This document shows positions 42,461 to 57,800 of a DNA stretch of 64,000 nucleotides, piece by piece; position 1 is the first letter of the stretch, and each line of letters opens with the position of its first letter. The stretch is from Eledone cirrhosa (Eukaryota). The DNA lies in contig OZ024741.1 in NCBI GenBank assembly GCA_964016885.1, positions 24,862,001-24,926,000 of the forward strand, read 5' to 3'. Below the pieces are notes generated by a model. The model did no database searches. It was not told where the DNA came from and saw only the letters and a list, made by a program, of their open reading frames with translations. Position numbers and translations under genes: made by a program.

Positions 42461-45400
42461 AAATATGGTAATGAAAGGGTTAAACAACATAGACAGTGTC
42501 TTTTATTAGAAATATGGTAATGAAAGAGTTAAACAACATAGACAGTGTCTTTTATTAGAAATATGGTAATGAAAGGGTTAAACAACATAGACAGTGTGTT
42601 TTATTAGACATATGGTAATGAAAGGGTTAAACAACATAGACAGTGTCTTTTATTAGATATAGGGTAATGAAAGTGTTAAACAACATAGACAGTGTCTTGT
42701 ATTAGAAATATGGTAATGAAAGTGTTGAACAACATAGACAGAGTCTTTTATTAGAAATATGGTAATGAAAGGGTTAAACAACATAGACAGTGTCTTTTAT
42801 TAGAAATATGGTAATGAAAGGGTTAAACAACATAGACAGTGTCTTTTATTAGAAATATGGTAATGAAAGGTTTAAACAACATAGACAGTGTGTTTTATTA
42901 GAAATATGGTAATGAAAGGGTTAAACAACATAGACAGTGTCTTTTATTAGAAATATGGTAATGAAAGGGTTAAACAACATAGACAGTGTCTTTTATTAGA
43001 AATAGGGTAATGAAAGGGTTAAACAACATAGACAGTGTCTTTTATTAGAAATATGATAATGAAAGGGTTAAACAACATAGACAGTGTCTTTTATTAGAAA
43101 TATGATAATGAAAGGGTTAAACAACATAGACAGTGTCTTTTATTAGAAATATGGTAATGAAAGGGTTAAACAACATAGACAGTGTCTTGTATTAGAAATA
43201 TGGTATTGAAAGGGTTAAACAACATAGACAGTGTCTTTTATTAGAAATATGGTAATGAAAGGGTTAAACAACATAGACAGTGTCTTTTATTAGAAATATG
43301 GTAATGAAAGGGTTAAACAACATAGACAATGTCTTTTATTAGAAATATGGTAATGAAAGGGTTAAACAACATAGACAGTGTCTTTTATTAGATATAGGGT
43401 AATGAAAGGGTTAAACAACATAGACAGTGTCTTTTTTTAGAAATATGGTAATGAAAGGATTAAACAACATAGACAGTGTCTTTTATTAGAAATATGGTAA
43501 TGAAAGGGTTTAACAACATAAACAGTATCTTTTATTAGAAATGTGGTAATGAAAGGGTTAAACAACATAGACAGTGTCTTTTATTAGAAATATGGTAATG
43601 AAAGGGTTACACAACATAGACAGTGTCTTTTATTAGAAATATGGTAATGAAAGGGTTAAACAACATAGACAGTGTCTTTTATTAGAAATATGGTAATGAA
43701 AGGGTTAAACAACATAGACAGTGTCTTTTATTAGAAATATGATAATGAAAGGTTTAAACAACATAGACAGTGTCTTTTATTAGAAATATGGTAATGAAAG
43801 GGTTAAACAACATAGACAGTGTCTTTTATTAGAAATAGGGTAATGAAAGGGTTAAACAACATAGACAGTGTCTTTTATTAGAAATATGATAATGAAAGGG
43901 TTAAACAACATAGACAGTGTCTTTTATTAGAAATATGATAATGAAAGGGTTAAACAACATAGACAGTGTCTTTTATTAGAAATATGGTAATGAAAGGGTT
44001 AAACAACATAGACAGTGTCTTTTATTAGAAATATGGTAATGAAAGGGTTAAACAACATAGATAGTGTCTTTTATTAGAAATATGGTAATGAAAGGGTTAA
44101 ACAACATAGACAGTGTCTTTTATTAGAAATATGATAATGAAAGGGTTGAACAACATAGACAGTGTCTTTTATTAGAAATATGGTAATGAAAGAGTTAAAC
44201 AACATAGACAGTGTCTTTTATTAGAAATATGATAATGAAAGGGTTAAAAAACATAGACAGTGTCTTGTATGAGAAATATGGTAATGAAAGGGTTAAACAA
44301 CATAGACAGTGTCTTTTATTAGAAATATGGTAATGAAAGGGTTAAACAACATAGACAGTGTCTTTTATTAGAAATATGATAATGAAAGGATTAAACAACA
44401 TAGAGAGTGTCTTTTATTAGATATAGGGTAATGAATGTGTTAAACAACATAGACAGTGTCTTTTATTAGAAATATGGTAATGAAAGGTTTAAACAACATA
44501 GACAGTGTGTTTTATTAGAAATATGGTAATGCAAGGGTTAAACAACATAGACAGTGTGTTTTATTAGAAATATGATAATGAAAGGGTTAAGAAACATAGA
44601 CAGTGTCTTGTATTAGAAATATGGTAATGGAAGGGTTAAACAACATAGACAGTGTCTTTTATTAGAAATATGATAATGAAAGGGTTAAACAACATAGACA
44701 GTGTCTTTTATTAGAAATATGGTAATGAAAGGTTTAAACAACATAGACAGTGTCTTTTATTAGAAATATGGTAACGAAAGGGTTAAACAACATAGACAGT
44801 GTCTTTTATTGGAAATATGATAATGAAAGGGTTAAACAACATAGACAGTGTCTTTTATTAGAAATATGGTAATGAAAGGGTTAAACAACATGGACAGTGT
44901 CTTTTATTAGAAATATGGTAATGAAAGGGTTAAACAACATAGACAGTGTCTTTTATTAGAAATATGATAATGAAAGGGTTAAACAACATAGACAGTGTCT
45001 TTTATTAGATATAGGGTAATGAATGTGTTAAACAACATAGACAGTGTCTTTTATTAGAAATATGGTAATGAAAGGGTTAAACAACATAGACAGTGTCTTT
45101 TATTAGAAATATGGTAATGAAAGAGTTAAACAACATAGACAGTGTCTTTTATTAGAAATATGGTAATGAAAGGGTTAAACAACATAGACAGTGTGTTTTA
45201 TTAGACATATGGTAATGAAAGGGTTAAACAACATAGACAGTGTCTTTTATTAGATATAGGGTAATGAAAGTGTTAAACAACATAGACAGTGTCTTGTATT
45301 AGAAATATGGTAATGAAAGTGTTAAACAACATAGACAGTGTCTTTTATTAGAAATATGGTAATGAAAGGGTTAAACAACATAGACAGTGTCTTTTATTAG

Positions 45401-48400
45401 AAATATGGTAATGAAAGGTTTAAACAACATAGACAGTGTGTTTTATTAGAAATATGGTAATGAAAGCGTTAAACAACATAGACAGTGTCTTTTATTAGAA
45501 ATATGGTAATGAAAGGTTTAAACAACATAGACAGTGTCTTTTATTAGAAATATGGTAATGAAAGGGTTAAACAACATAGACAGTGTGTTTTATTAGACAT
45601 ATGGTAATGAAAGGGTTAAACAACATAGACAGTGTCTTTTATTAGATATAGGGTAATGAAAGTGTTAAACAACATAGACAGTGTCTTGTATTAGAAATAT
45701 GGTAATGAAAGTGTTAAACAACATAGACAGTGTCTTTTATTAGAAATATGGTAATGAAAGGGTTAAACAACATAGACAGTGTCTTTTATTAGAAATATGG
45801 TAATGAAAGGTTTAAACAACATAGACAGTGTGTTTTATTAGAAATATGGTAATGAAAGCGTTAAACAACATAGACAGTGTATTTTATTAGAAATATGGTA
45901 ATGAAAGGTTTAAACAACATAGACAGTGTCTTTTATTAGAAATATGGTAATGAAAGGGTTAAACAACATAGACAGTGTCTTTTATTAGAAATATGGTAAT
46001 GAAAGGGTTAAACAACATAGACAGTGTCTTTTATTAGATATAGGGTAATGAAAGGGTTAAACAACATAGACAGTGTCTTTTATTAGAAATATGGTAATGA
46101 AAGGGTTAAACAACATGGACAGTGTCTTTTATTAGAAATATGGTAATGAAAGGGTTAAACAACATAGACAGTATCTTTTATTAGAAATATGGTAATGAAA
46201 GGGTTAAACAACATAGACAGTGTCTTTTATTAGAAATATGGTAATGAAAGGGTTAAACAACATGGACAGTGTCTTTTATTAGAAATATGGTAATGAAAGG
46301 GTTAAACAACATAGACAGTATCTTTTATTAGAAATATGGTAATGAAAGGGTTAAACAACATAGACAGTGTCTTTTATTAGAAATATGGTAATGAAAGGGT
46401 TAAACAACATAGACAGTGTCTTTTATTAGAAATATGGTAATGCAAGAGTTAAACAACATAGACAGTGTCTTTTATTAGAAATATGGTAATGAAAGGGTTA
46501 AACAACATAGATAGTGTCTTTCATTAGAAATATGGTAATGAAAGGGTTAAATTACATAGGCAGTGTCTTCTATTAGAAATATCATAATGAAAGGGTTAAA
46601 CAACATAGACAGTGTCTTTTATTAGAAATATGGTAATGAAAGTGTTAAACAACATAGACAGTGTCTTTTATTAGAAATATGGTAATGAAAGTGTTAAACA
46701 ACATAGACAGTGTCTTTTATTAGAAATGTGGTAATGAAAGTGTTAAACAACATAGACAGTATCTTTTATTAGAAATGTGGTAATGAAAGTGTTAAACAAC
46801 ATAGACAGTATCTTTTATTAGAAATGTGGTAATGAAAGGGATAAACAACATAGACAGTGTCTTTTATTAGAAATATGATAATGAAAGGGTTAAACAACAT
46901 AGACAGTGTCTTTTATTAGATATAGGGTAATGAATGTGTTAAACAACATAGACAGTGTCTTTTATTAGAAATATGGTAATGAAAGGGTTAAACAACATAG
47001 ACAGTGTCTTTTATTAGAAATATGGTAATGAAAGAGTTAAACAACATAGACAGTGTCTTTTATTAGAAATATGGTAATGAAAGGGTTAAACAACATAGAC
47101 AGTGTGTTTTATTAGACATATGGTAATGAAAGGGTTAATTAACATAGAAAGTGTCTTTTATTAGATATAGGGTAATGAAAGTGTTAAACAACATAGACAG
47201 TGTCTTGTATTAGAAATATGGTAATGAAAGTGTTAAACAACATAGACAGTGTCTTTTATTAGAAATATGGTAATGAAAGGGTTAAACAACATAGACAGTG
47301 TCTTTTATTAGAAATATGGTAATGAAAGGGTTAAACAACATAGACAGTGTCTTTCATTAGAAATATGGTAATGAAAGGTTTAAACAACATAGACAGTGTG
47401 TTTTATTAGAAATATGGTAATGAAAGGGTTAAACAACATAGACAGTGTCTTTTATTAGAAATATGGTAATGAAAGGGTTAAACAACATAGACAGTGTCTT
47501 TTATTAGAAATATGATAATGAAAGGGTTAAACAACATAGACAGTGTCTTTTATTAGATATAGGGTAATGAATGTGTTAAACAACATAGACAGTGTCTTTT
47601 ATTAGAAATATGGTAATGAAAGGGTTAAACAACATAGATAGTGTCTTTTATTAGAATTATGGTAATGAAAGGGTTAAACAACATAGACAGTGTCTTTTAT
47701 TAGATATAGGGTAATGAAAGGGTTAAACAACATAGACAGTGTCTTTTAGAAATATGGTAATGAAAGAGTTAAACAACATAGACAGTGTCTTTTATTAGAA
47801 ATATGGTAATGAAAGGGTTAAACAACATAGACAGTGTCTTTTATTAGATATAGGGTAATGAAAGGGTTAAACAACATAGACAGTGTCTTTTATTAGAAAT
47901 ATGGTAATGAAAGGGTTAAGCAACATAGACAGTGTCTTTTATTAGAAATATGGTAATGAAAGGTTTAAACAACATAGACAGTGTCTTTTATTAGAAATAT
48001 GGTAATGAAAGGGTTAAACAACATAGACAGTGTCTTTTATTAGAAATATGGTAATGAAAGAGTTAAACAACATAGACAGTGTCTTTTATTAGAAATATGG
48101 TAATGAAAGGGTTAAACAACATAGACAGTGTGTTTTGTTAGACATATGGTAATGAAAGGGTTAAACAACATAGACAGTGTCTTTTATTAGATATAGGGTA
48201 ATGAAAGTGTTAAACAACATAGACAGTGTCTTTTATTAGAAATATGGTAATGAAAGGGTTAAACAACATAGACAGTGTCTTTTATTAGAAATATGGTAAT
48301 GAAAGGGTTAAACAACATAGACAGTGTGTTTTATTAGAAATATGGTAATGAAAGGGTTAAACAACATAGACAGTGTCTTTTATTAGAAATATGGTAATGA

Positions 48401-51400
48401 AAGGGTTAAACAACATAGACAGTGTCTTTTATTAAATATAGGGTAATGAAAGTGTTAAAAAACATAGACAGTGTATTTTATTAGTAATATAATAATGAAA
48501 GGGTTAAACAACAGAAATATGGTAATGATAGGGTTAAACAACATAGACAGTGTCTTTTATTAGAAATATGATAATGAAAGGGTTAAACAACATAGACAGT
48601 GTCTTTTATTAGAAATATTGTAATGAAAGGGTTAAACAACATAGACAGCGTCTTTTATTAGAAATATGGTAATGAAAGTGTTAAACAACATAGACAGTGT
48701 CTTTTATTAGAAATACAACATAGACAGTGTGTTTTATTAGAAATATGGTAATGAAAGGGTTAAACAACATAGACAGTGTCTTTTATTAGAAATATGATAA
48801 TGAAAGGGTTAAAAAACATAGACAGTGTCTTGTATTAGAAATATGGTAATGAAAGGGTTAAACAACATAGACAGTGTCTTTTATTAGAAATATGGTAATG
48901 AAAGGGTTAAACAACATAGACAGTGTCTTTTATTAGAAATATGATAATGAAAGGGTTAAACAACATAGAGAGTGTCTTTTATTAGATATAGGGTAATGAA
49001 TGTGTTAAACAACATAGACAGTGTCTTTTATTAGAAATATGGTAATGAAAGGGTTAAACAACATAGACAGTGTCTTTTATTCGAAATATGATAATGAAAG
49101 GGTTAAACAACATAGAGAGTGTCTTTTATTAGATATAGGGTAATGAATGTGTTAAACAACATAGACAGTGTCTTTTATTAGAAATATGGTAATGAAAGGG
49201 TTAAACAACATAGACAGTGTCTTTTATTAGAAATATGGTAATGAAAGGGTTAGACAACATAGACAGTGTCATTTATTAGAAATATGGTAATGAAAGGGTT
49301 AAACAACATAGACAGTGTCTTTTATTAGAAATATGGTAATGAAAGGGTTAAACAACATAGACAGTGTCTTTTCTTAGAAATATGGTAATGAAAGGGTTAA
49401 ACAACATAGACAGTGTCTTTTATTAGAAATATGGTAATGAAAGGGTTAAACAACATAGACAGTGTCTTTTATTGGAAATATGATAATGAAAGGGTTAAAC
49501 AACATAGACAGTGTCTTTTATTAGAAATATGGTAATGAAAGGGTTAAACAACATGGACAGTGTCTTTTATTAGAAATATGGTAATGAAAGGGTTAAACAA
49601 CATAGACAGTGTCTTTTATTAGAAATATGATAATGAAAGGGTTAAACAACATAGACAGTGTCTTTTATTAGATATAGGGTAATGAATGTGTTAAACAACA
49701 TAGACAGTGTCTTTTATTAGAAATATGGTAATGAAAGGGTTAAACAACATAGACAGTGTCTTTTATTAGAAATATGGTAATGAAAGAGTTAAACAACATA
49801 GACAGTGTCTTTTATTAGAAATATGGTAATGAAAGGGTTAAACAACATAGACAGTGTGTTTTATTAGACATATGGTAATGAAAGGGTTAAACAACATAGA
49901 CAGTGTCTTTTATTAGATATAGGGTAATGAAAGTGTTAAACAACATAGACAGTGTCTTGTATTAGAAATATGATAATGAAAGTGTTGAACAACATAGACA
50001 GAGTCTTTTATTAGAAATATGGTAATGAAAGGGTTAAACAACATAGACAGTGTCTTTTATTAGAAATATGGTAATGAAAGGGTTAAACAACATAGACAGT
50101 GTCTTTTATTAGAAATAGGGTAATGAAAGGGTTAAACAACATAGACAGTGTCTTTTATTAGAAATATGATAATGAAAGGGTTAAACAACATAGACAGTGT
50201 CTTTTATTAGAAATATGATAATGAAAGGGTTAAACAACATAGACAGTGTCTTTTATTAGAAATATGGTAATGAAAGGGTTAAACAACATAGACAGTGTCT
50301 TTTATTAGAAATATGGTAATGAAAGGGTTAAACAACATAGATAGTGTCTTTTATTAGAAATATGGTAATGAAAGGGTTAAACAACATAGACAGTGTCTTT
50401 TATTAGAAATATGATAATGAAAGGGTTAAACAACATAGACAGTGTCTTTTATTAGAAATATGGTAATGAAAGAGTTAAACAACATAGACAGTGTCTTTTA
50501 TTAGAAATATGGTAATGAAAGGGTTAAACAACATAGACAGTGTCTTTTATTAGAAATATGGTAATGAAAGGGTTAAACAACATAGACAGTGTCTTTTATT
50601 AGAAATATGGTAATGAAAGGTTTAAACAACATAGACAGTGTGTTTTATTAGAAATATGGTAATGAAAGGGTTAAACAACATAGACAGTGTCTTTTATTAG
50701 AAATATGGTAATGAAAGGGTTAAACAACATAGACAGTGTCTTTTATTAGAAATATGGTAATGAAAGATTTAAACAACATAGACAGTGTGTTTTATTAGAA
50801 ATATGGTAATGAAAGGGTTAAACAACATGTACAGTGTCTTTTATTAGAAATATGATAAAGAAAGGGTTAAAAAACATAGACAGTGTCTTGTATTAGAAAT
50901 ATGGTATTGAAAGGGTTAAACAACATAGACAGTGTCTTTTATTAGAAATATGGTAATGAAAGGGTTAAACAACATAGACAGTGTCTTTTATTAGAAATAT
51001 GGTAATGAAAGGGTTAAACAACATAGACAATGTCTTTTATTAGAAATATGGTAATGAAAGGGTTAAACAACATAGACAGTGTCTTTTATTAGAAATATGG
51101 TAATGAAAGGGTTATACAACATAGACAGTGTCTTTTATTGGAAATATGATAATGAAAGGGTTAAACAATATAGACAGTGTCTTTTATTAGAAATATGGTA
51201 ATGAAAGGGTTAAACAACATGGACAGTGTCTTTTATTAGAAATATGGTAATGAAAGGGTTAAACAACATAGACAGTGTCTTTTATTAGAAATATGATAAT
51301 GAAAGGGTTAAACAACATAGACAGTGTCTTTTATTAGAAATATGGTAATGAAAGGGTTACACAACATAGACAGTGTCTTTTATTAGAAATATGGTAATGA

Positions 51401-54400
51401 AAGGGTTAAACAACATAGACAGTGTCTTTTATTAGAAATATGGTAATGAAAGGGTTACACAACATAGACAGTGTCTTTTATTAGAAATATGGTAATGAAA
51501 GGGTTAAACAACATAGACAGTGTCTTTTATTAGAAATATGGTAATGAAAGGGTTAAACAACATAGATAGTGTCTTTTATTAGAAATATGGTAATGACAGG
51601 GTTAAACAACATAGACAGTGTCTTTTATTAGAAATATGATAATGAAAGGGTTAAACAACATAGACAGTGTCTTTTATTAGAAATATGGTAATGAAAGAGT
51701 TAAACAACATAGACAGTGTCTTTTATTAGAAATATGGTAATGAAAGGGTTAAACAACATAGACAGTGTGTTTTGTTAGACATATGGTAATGAAAGGGTTA
51801 AACAACATAGACAGTGTCTTTTATTAGATATAGGGTAATGAAAGTGTTAAACAACATAGACAGTGTCTTTTATTAGAAATATGGTAATGAAAGGGTTAAA
51901 CAACATAGACAGTGTCTTTTATTAGAAATATGGTAATGAAAGGGTTAAACAACATAGACAGTGTCTTTTATTAGAAATATGGTAATGAAAGGGTTAAACA
52001 ACATAGACAGTGTCTTTTATTAGAAATATGGTAATGAAAGGGTTAAACAACATAGACAGTGTCTTTTATTAAATATAGGGTAATGAAAGTGTTAAAAAAC
52101 ATAGACAGTGTCTTTTATTAGAAATATAATAATGAAAGGGTTAAACAACAGAAATATGGTAATGATAGGGTTAAACAACATAGACAGTGTCTTTTATTAG
52201 AAATATGATAATGAAAGGGTTAAACAACATAGACAGTGTCTTTTATTAGAAATATTGTAATGAAAGGGTTAAACAACATAGACAGTGTCTTTTATTAGAA
52301 ATATGGTAAGGAAAGTGTTAAACAACATAGACAGTGTCTTTTATTAGAAATACAACATAGACAGTGTGTTTTATTAGAAATATGGTAATGAAAGGGTTAA
52401 ACAACATAGACAGTGTCTTTTATTAGAAATATGATAATGAAAGGGTTAAAAAACATAGACAGTGTCTTGTATTAGAAATATGGTAATGAAAGGGTTAAAC
52501 AACATAGACAGTGTCTTTTATTAGAAATAGGGTAATGAAAGGGTTAAACAACATAGACAGTGTCTTTTATTAGAAATATGATAATGAAAGGGTTAAACAA
52601 CATAGAGAGTGTCTTTTATTAGATATAGGGTAATGAATGTGTTAAACAACATAGACAGTGTCTTTTATTAGAAATATGGTAATGAAAGGGTTAAACAACA
52701 TAGACAGTGTCTTTTATTCGAAATATGATAATGAAAGGGTTAAACAACATAGAGAGTGTCTTTTATTAGATATAGGGTAATGAATGTGTTAAACAACATA
52801 GACAGTGTCTTTTATTAGAAATATGGTAATGAAAGGGTTAGACAACATAGACAGTGTCATTTATTAGAAATATGGTAATGAAAGGGTTAAACAACATAGA
52901 CAGTGTCTTTTATTAGAAATATGGTAATGAAAGAGTTAAACAACATAGACAGTGTCTTTTATTAGAAATATGGTAATGAAAGGGTTAAACAACATAGACA
53001 GTGTCTTTTATTAGAAATATGGTAATGAAAGGGTTAAACAACACAGACAGTGTCTTTTATTAGAAATATGGTAATGAAAGGGTTAAACAACATAGACAGT
53101 GTCTTTTATTGGAAATATTATAATGAAAGGGTTAAACAACATAGACAGTGTCTTTTATTAGAAATATGGTAATGAAAGGGTTAAACAACATGGACAGTGT
53201 CTTTTATTAGAAATATGGTAATGAAAGGGTTAAACAATATAGACAGTGTCTTTTATTAGAAATATGATAATGAAAGGGTTAAACAACATAGACAGTGTCT
53301 TTTATTAGAAATATGGTAATGAAAGGGTTAAACAACATAGACAGTGTCTTTTATTAGAAATATGATAATGAAAGGGTTGAACAACATAGACAGTGTCTTT
53401 TATTAGATATAGGGTAATGAATGTGTTAAACAACATAGACAGTGTCTTTTATTAGAAATATGGTAATGAAAGGGTTAAACAACATAGACAGTGTCTTTTA
53501 TTAGAAATATGGTAATGAAAGAGTTAAACAACATAGACAGTGTCTTTTATTAGAAATATGGTAATGAAAGGGTTAAACAACATAGACAGTGTGTTTTATT
53601 AGACATATGGTAATGAAAGGGTTAAACAACATAGACAGTGTCTTTTATTAGAAATATGGTAATGAAAGGGTTAAACAACATAGACAGTGTCTTTTATTAG
53701 AAATATGGTAATGAAAGGGTTAAACAACATAGACAGTGTGTTTTATTAGAAATATGGTAATGAAAGGGTTAAACAACATAGACAGTGTCTTTTATTAGAA
53801 ATATGGTAATGAAAGATTTAAACAACATAGACAGTGTGTTTTATTAGAAATATGGTAATGAAAGGGTTAAACAACATGGACAGTGTCTTTTATTAGAAAT
53901 ATGATAATGAAAGGGTTAAAAAACATAGACAGTGTCTTGTATTAGAAATATGGTATTGAAAGGGTTAAACAACATAGACAGTGTCTTTTATTAGAAATAT
54001 GGTAATGAAAGGGTTAAACAACATAGACAGTGTCTTTTATTAGAAATATGGTAATGAAAGGGTTATACAACATAGACAGTGTCTTTTATTGGAAATATGA
54101 TAATGAAAGGGTTAAACAACATAGACAGTGTCTTTTATTAGAAATACGGTAATGAAAGGGTTAAACAACATGGACAGTGTCTTTTATTAGAAATATGGTA
54201 ATGAAAGGGTTAAACAACATAGACAGTGTCTTTTATTAGAAATATGGTAATGAAAGGGTTAAACAACATAGATAGTGTCTTTTATTAGAATTATGGTAAT
54301 GAAAGGGTTAAACAACATAGACAGTGTCTTTTATTAGATATAGGGTAATGAAAGGGTTAAACAACATAGACAGTGTCTTTTATTAGAAATATGGTAATGA

Positions 54401-54819
54401 ATGGGTTAAACAACATAGATAGTGTCTTTTATTAGAAATATGGTAATGAAAGGGTTAAACAACATAGACAGTGTCTTTTATTAGATATAGGGTAATGAAA
54501 GGGTTAAACAACATAGACAGTGTCTTTTATTAGAAATATGGTAATGAAAGGGTTAAGCAACATAGACAGTGTCTTTTATTAGAAATATGGTAATGAAAGG
54601 TTTAAACAACATAGACAGTGTCTTTTATTAGAAATATGGTAATGAAAGGGTTAAACAACATAGACAGTGTCTTTTATTAGAAATATGGTAATGAAAGAGT
54701 TAAACAACATAGACAGTGTCTTTTATTAGAAATATGGTAATGAAAGGGTTAAACAACATAGACAGTGTGTTTTGTTAGACATATGGTAATGAAAGGGTTA
54801 AACAACATAGACAGTGTCT

Positions 54820-57800
54820 TTTATTAGATATAGGGTAATGAAAGTGTTAAACAACATAGACAGTGTCTTTTATTAGAAATATGGTAATGAAAGGGTTAAA
54901 CAACATAGACAGTGTCTTTTATTAGAAATATGGTAATGAAAGGGTTAAACAACATAGACAGTGTGTTTTATTAGAAATATGGTAATGAAAGGGTTAAACA
55001 ACATAGACAGTGTCTTTTATTAGAAATATGGTAATGAAAGGGTTAAACAACATAGACAGTGTCTTTTATTAAATATAGGGTAATGAAAGTGTTAAAAAAC
55101 ATAGACAGTGTCTTTTATTAGTAATATAATAATGAAAGGGTTAAACAACAGAAATATGGTAATGATAGGGTTAAACAACATAGACAGTGTCTTTTATTAG
55201 AAATATGATAATGAAAGGGTTAAACAACATAGACAGTGTCTTTTATTAGAAATATTGTAATGAAAGGGTTAAACAACATAGACAGCGTCTTTTATTAGAA
55301 ATATGGTAATGAAAGTGTTAAACAACATAGACAGTGTCTTTTATTAGAAATACAACATAGACAGTGTGTTTTATTAGAAATATGGTAATGAAAGGGTTAA
55401 ACAACATAGACAGTGTCTTTTATTAGAAATATGATAATGAAAGGGTTAAAAAACATAGACAGTGTCTTGTATTAGAAATATGGTAATGAAAGGGTTAAAC
55501 AACATAGACAGTGTCTTTTATTAGAAATATGGTAATGAAAGGGTTAAACAACATAGACAGTGGCTTTTATTAGAAATATGATAATGAAAGGGTTAAACAA
55601 CATAGAGAGTGTCTTTTATTAGATATAGGGTAATGAATGTGTTAAACAACATAGACAGTGTCTTTTATTAGAAATATGGTAATGAAAGGGTTAAACAACA
55701 TAGACAGTGTCTTTTATTCGAAATATGATAATGAAAGGGTTAAACAACATAGAGAGTGTCTTTTATTAGATATAGGGTAATGAATGTGTTAAACAACATA
55801 GACAGTGTCTTTTATTAGAAATATGGTAATGAAAGGGTTAAACAACATAGACAGTGTCTTTTATTAGAAATATGGTAATGAAAGGGTTAGACAACATAGA
55901 CAGTGTCATTTATTAGAAATATGGTAATGAAAGGGTTAAACAACATAGACAGTGTCTTTTATTAGAAATATGGTAATGAAAGGGTTAAACAACATAGACA
56001 GTGTCTTTTAGTAGAAATATGGTAATGAAAGGGTTAAACAACATAGACAGTGTCTTTTATTAGAAATATGGTAATGAAAGATTTAAACAACATAGACAGT
56101 GTGTTTTATTAGAAATATGGTAATGAAAGGGTTAAACAACATAGACAGTGTCTTTTATTGGAAATATGATAATGAAAGGGTTAAACAACATAGACAGTGT
56201 CTTTTATTAGAAATATGGTAATGAAAGGGTTAAACAACATGGACAGTGTCTTTTATTAGAAATATGGTAATGAAAGGGTTAAACAACATAGACAGTGTCT
56301 TTTATTAGAAATATGGTAATGAAAGGTTTAAACAACATAGACAGTGTGTTTTATTAGAAATATGGTAATGAAAGGGTTAAACAACATAGACAGTGTCTTT
56401 TAGTAGAAATATGGTAATGAAAGGGTTAAACAACATAGACAGTGTCTTTTATTAGAAATATGGTAATGAAAGATTTAAACAACATAGACAGTGTGTTTTA
56501 TTAGAAATATGGTAATGAAAGGGTTAAACAACATGGAAAGTGTCTTTTATTAGAAATATGATAAAGAAAGGGTTAAAAAACATAGACAGTGTCTTGTATT
56601 AGAAATATTGTATTGAAAGGGTTAAACAACATAGACAGTGTCTTTTATTAGAAATATGGTAATGAAAGGGTTAAACAACATAGACAGTGTCTTTTATTAG
56701 AAATATGGTAATGAAAGGGTTAAACAACATAGACAATGTCTTTTATTAGAAATATGGTAATGAAAGGGTTAAACAACATAGACAGTGTCTTTTATTAGAA
56801 ATATGGTAATGAAAGGGTTATACAACATAGACAGTGTCTTTTATTGGAAATATGATAATGAAAGGGTTAAACAACATAGACAGTGTCTTTTATTAGAGAT
56901 ATGGTAATGAAAGGGTTAAACAACATGGACAGTGTCTTTTATTAGAAATATGGTAATGAAAGGGTTAAACAACATAGACAGTGTCTTTTATTAGAAATAT
57001 GATAATGAAAGGGTTAAACAACATAGACAGTGTCTTTTATTAGATATAGGGTAATGAAAGGGTTAAACAACATAGACAGTGTCTTTTTTTAGAAATATGG
57101 TAATGAAAGGATTAAACAACATAGACAGTGTCTTTTATTAGAAATATGGTAATGAAAGGGTTTAACAACATAAACAGTATCTTTTATTAGAAATGTGGTA
57201 ATGAAAGGGTTAAACAACATAGACAGTGTCTTTTATTAGAAATATGGTAATGAAAGGGTTACACAACATAGACAGTGTCTTTTATTAGAAATATGGTAAT
57301 GAAAGGGTTAAACAACATAGACAGTGTCTTTTATTAGAAATATGGTAATGAAAGGGTTAAACAACATAGACAGTGTCTTTTATTAGAAATATGATAATGA
57401 AAGGTTTAAACAACATAGACAGTGTCTTTTATTAGAAATATGGTAATGAAAGGGTTAAACAACATAGACAGTGTCTTTTATTAGAAATAGGGTAATGAAA
57501 GGGTTAAACAACATAGACAGTGTCTTTTATTAGAAATATGATAATGAAAGGGTTAAACAACATAGACAGTGTCTTTTATTAGAAATATGATAATGAAAGG
57601 GTTAAACAACATAGACAGTGTCTTTTATTAGAAATATGGTAATGAAAGGGTTAAACAACATAGACAGTGTCTTTTATTAGAAATATGGTAATGAAAGGGT
57701 TAAACAACATAGATAGTGTCTTTTATTAGAAATATGGTAATGAAAGGGTTAAACAACATAGACAGTGTCTTTTATTAGAAATATGATAATGAAAGGGTTA

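Noticed and set aside
52141-55400. Exactly 3000-bp offset between B-A pairs, suggesting an artificial construct
   Set aside because: 3000 = 60x49 + 2x30 arises naturally, and the two copies differ at several sites.
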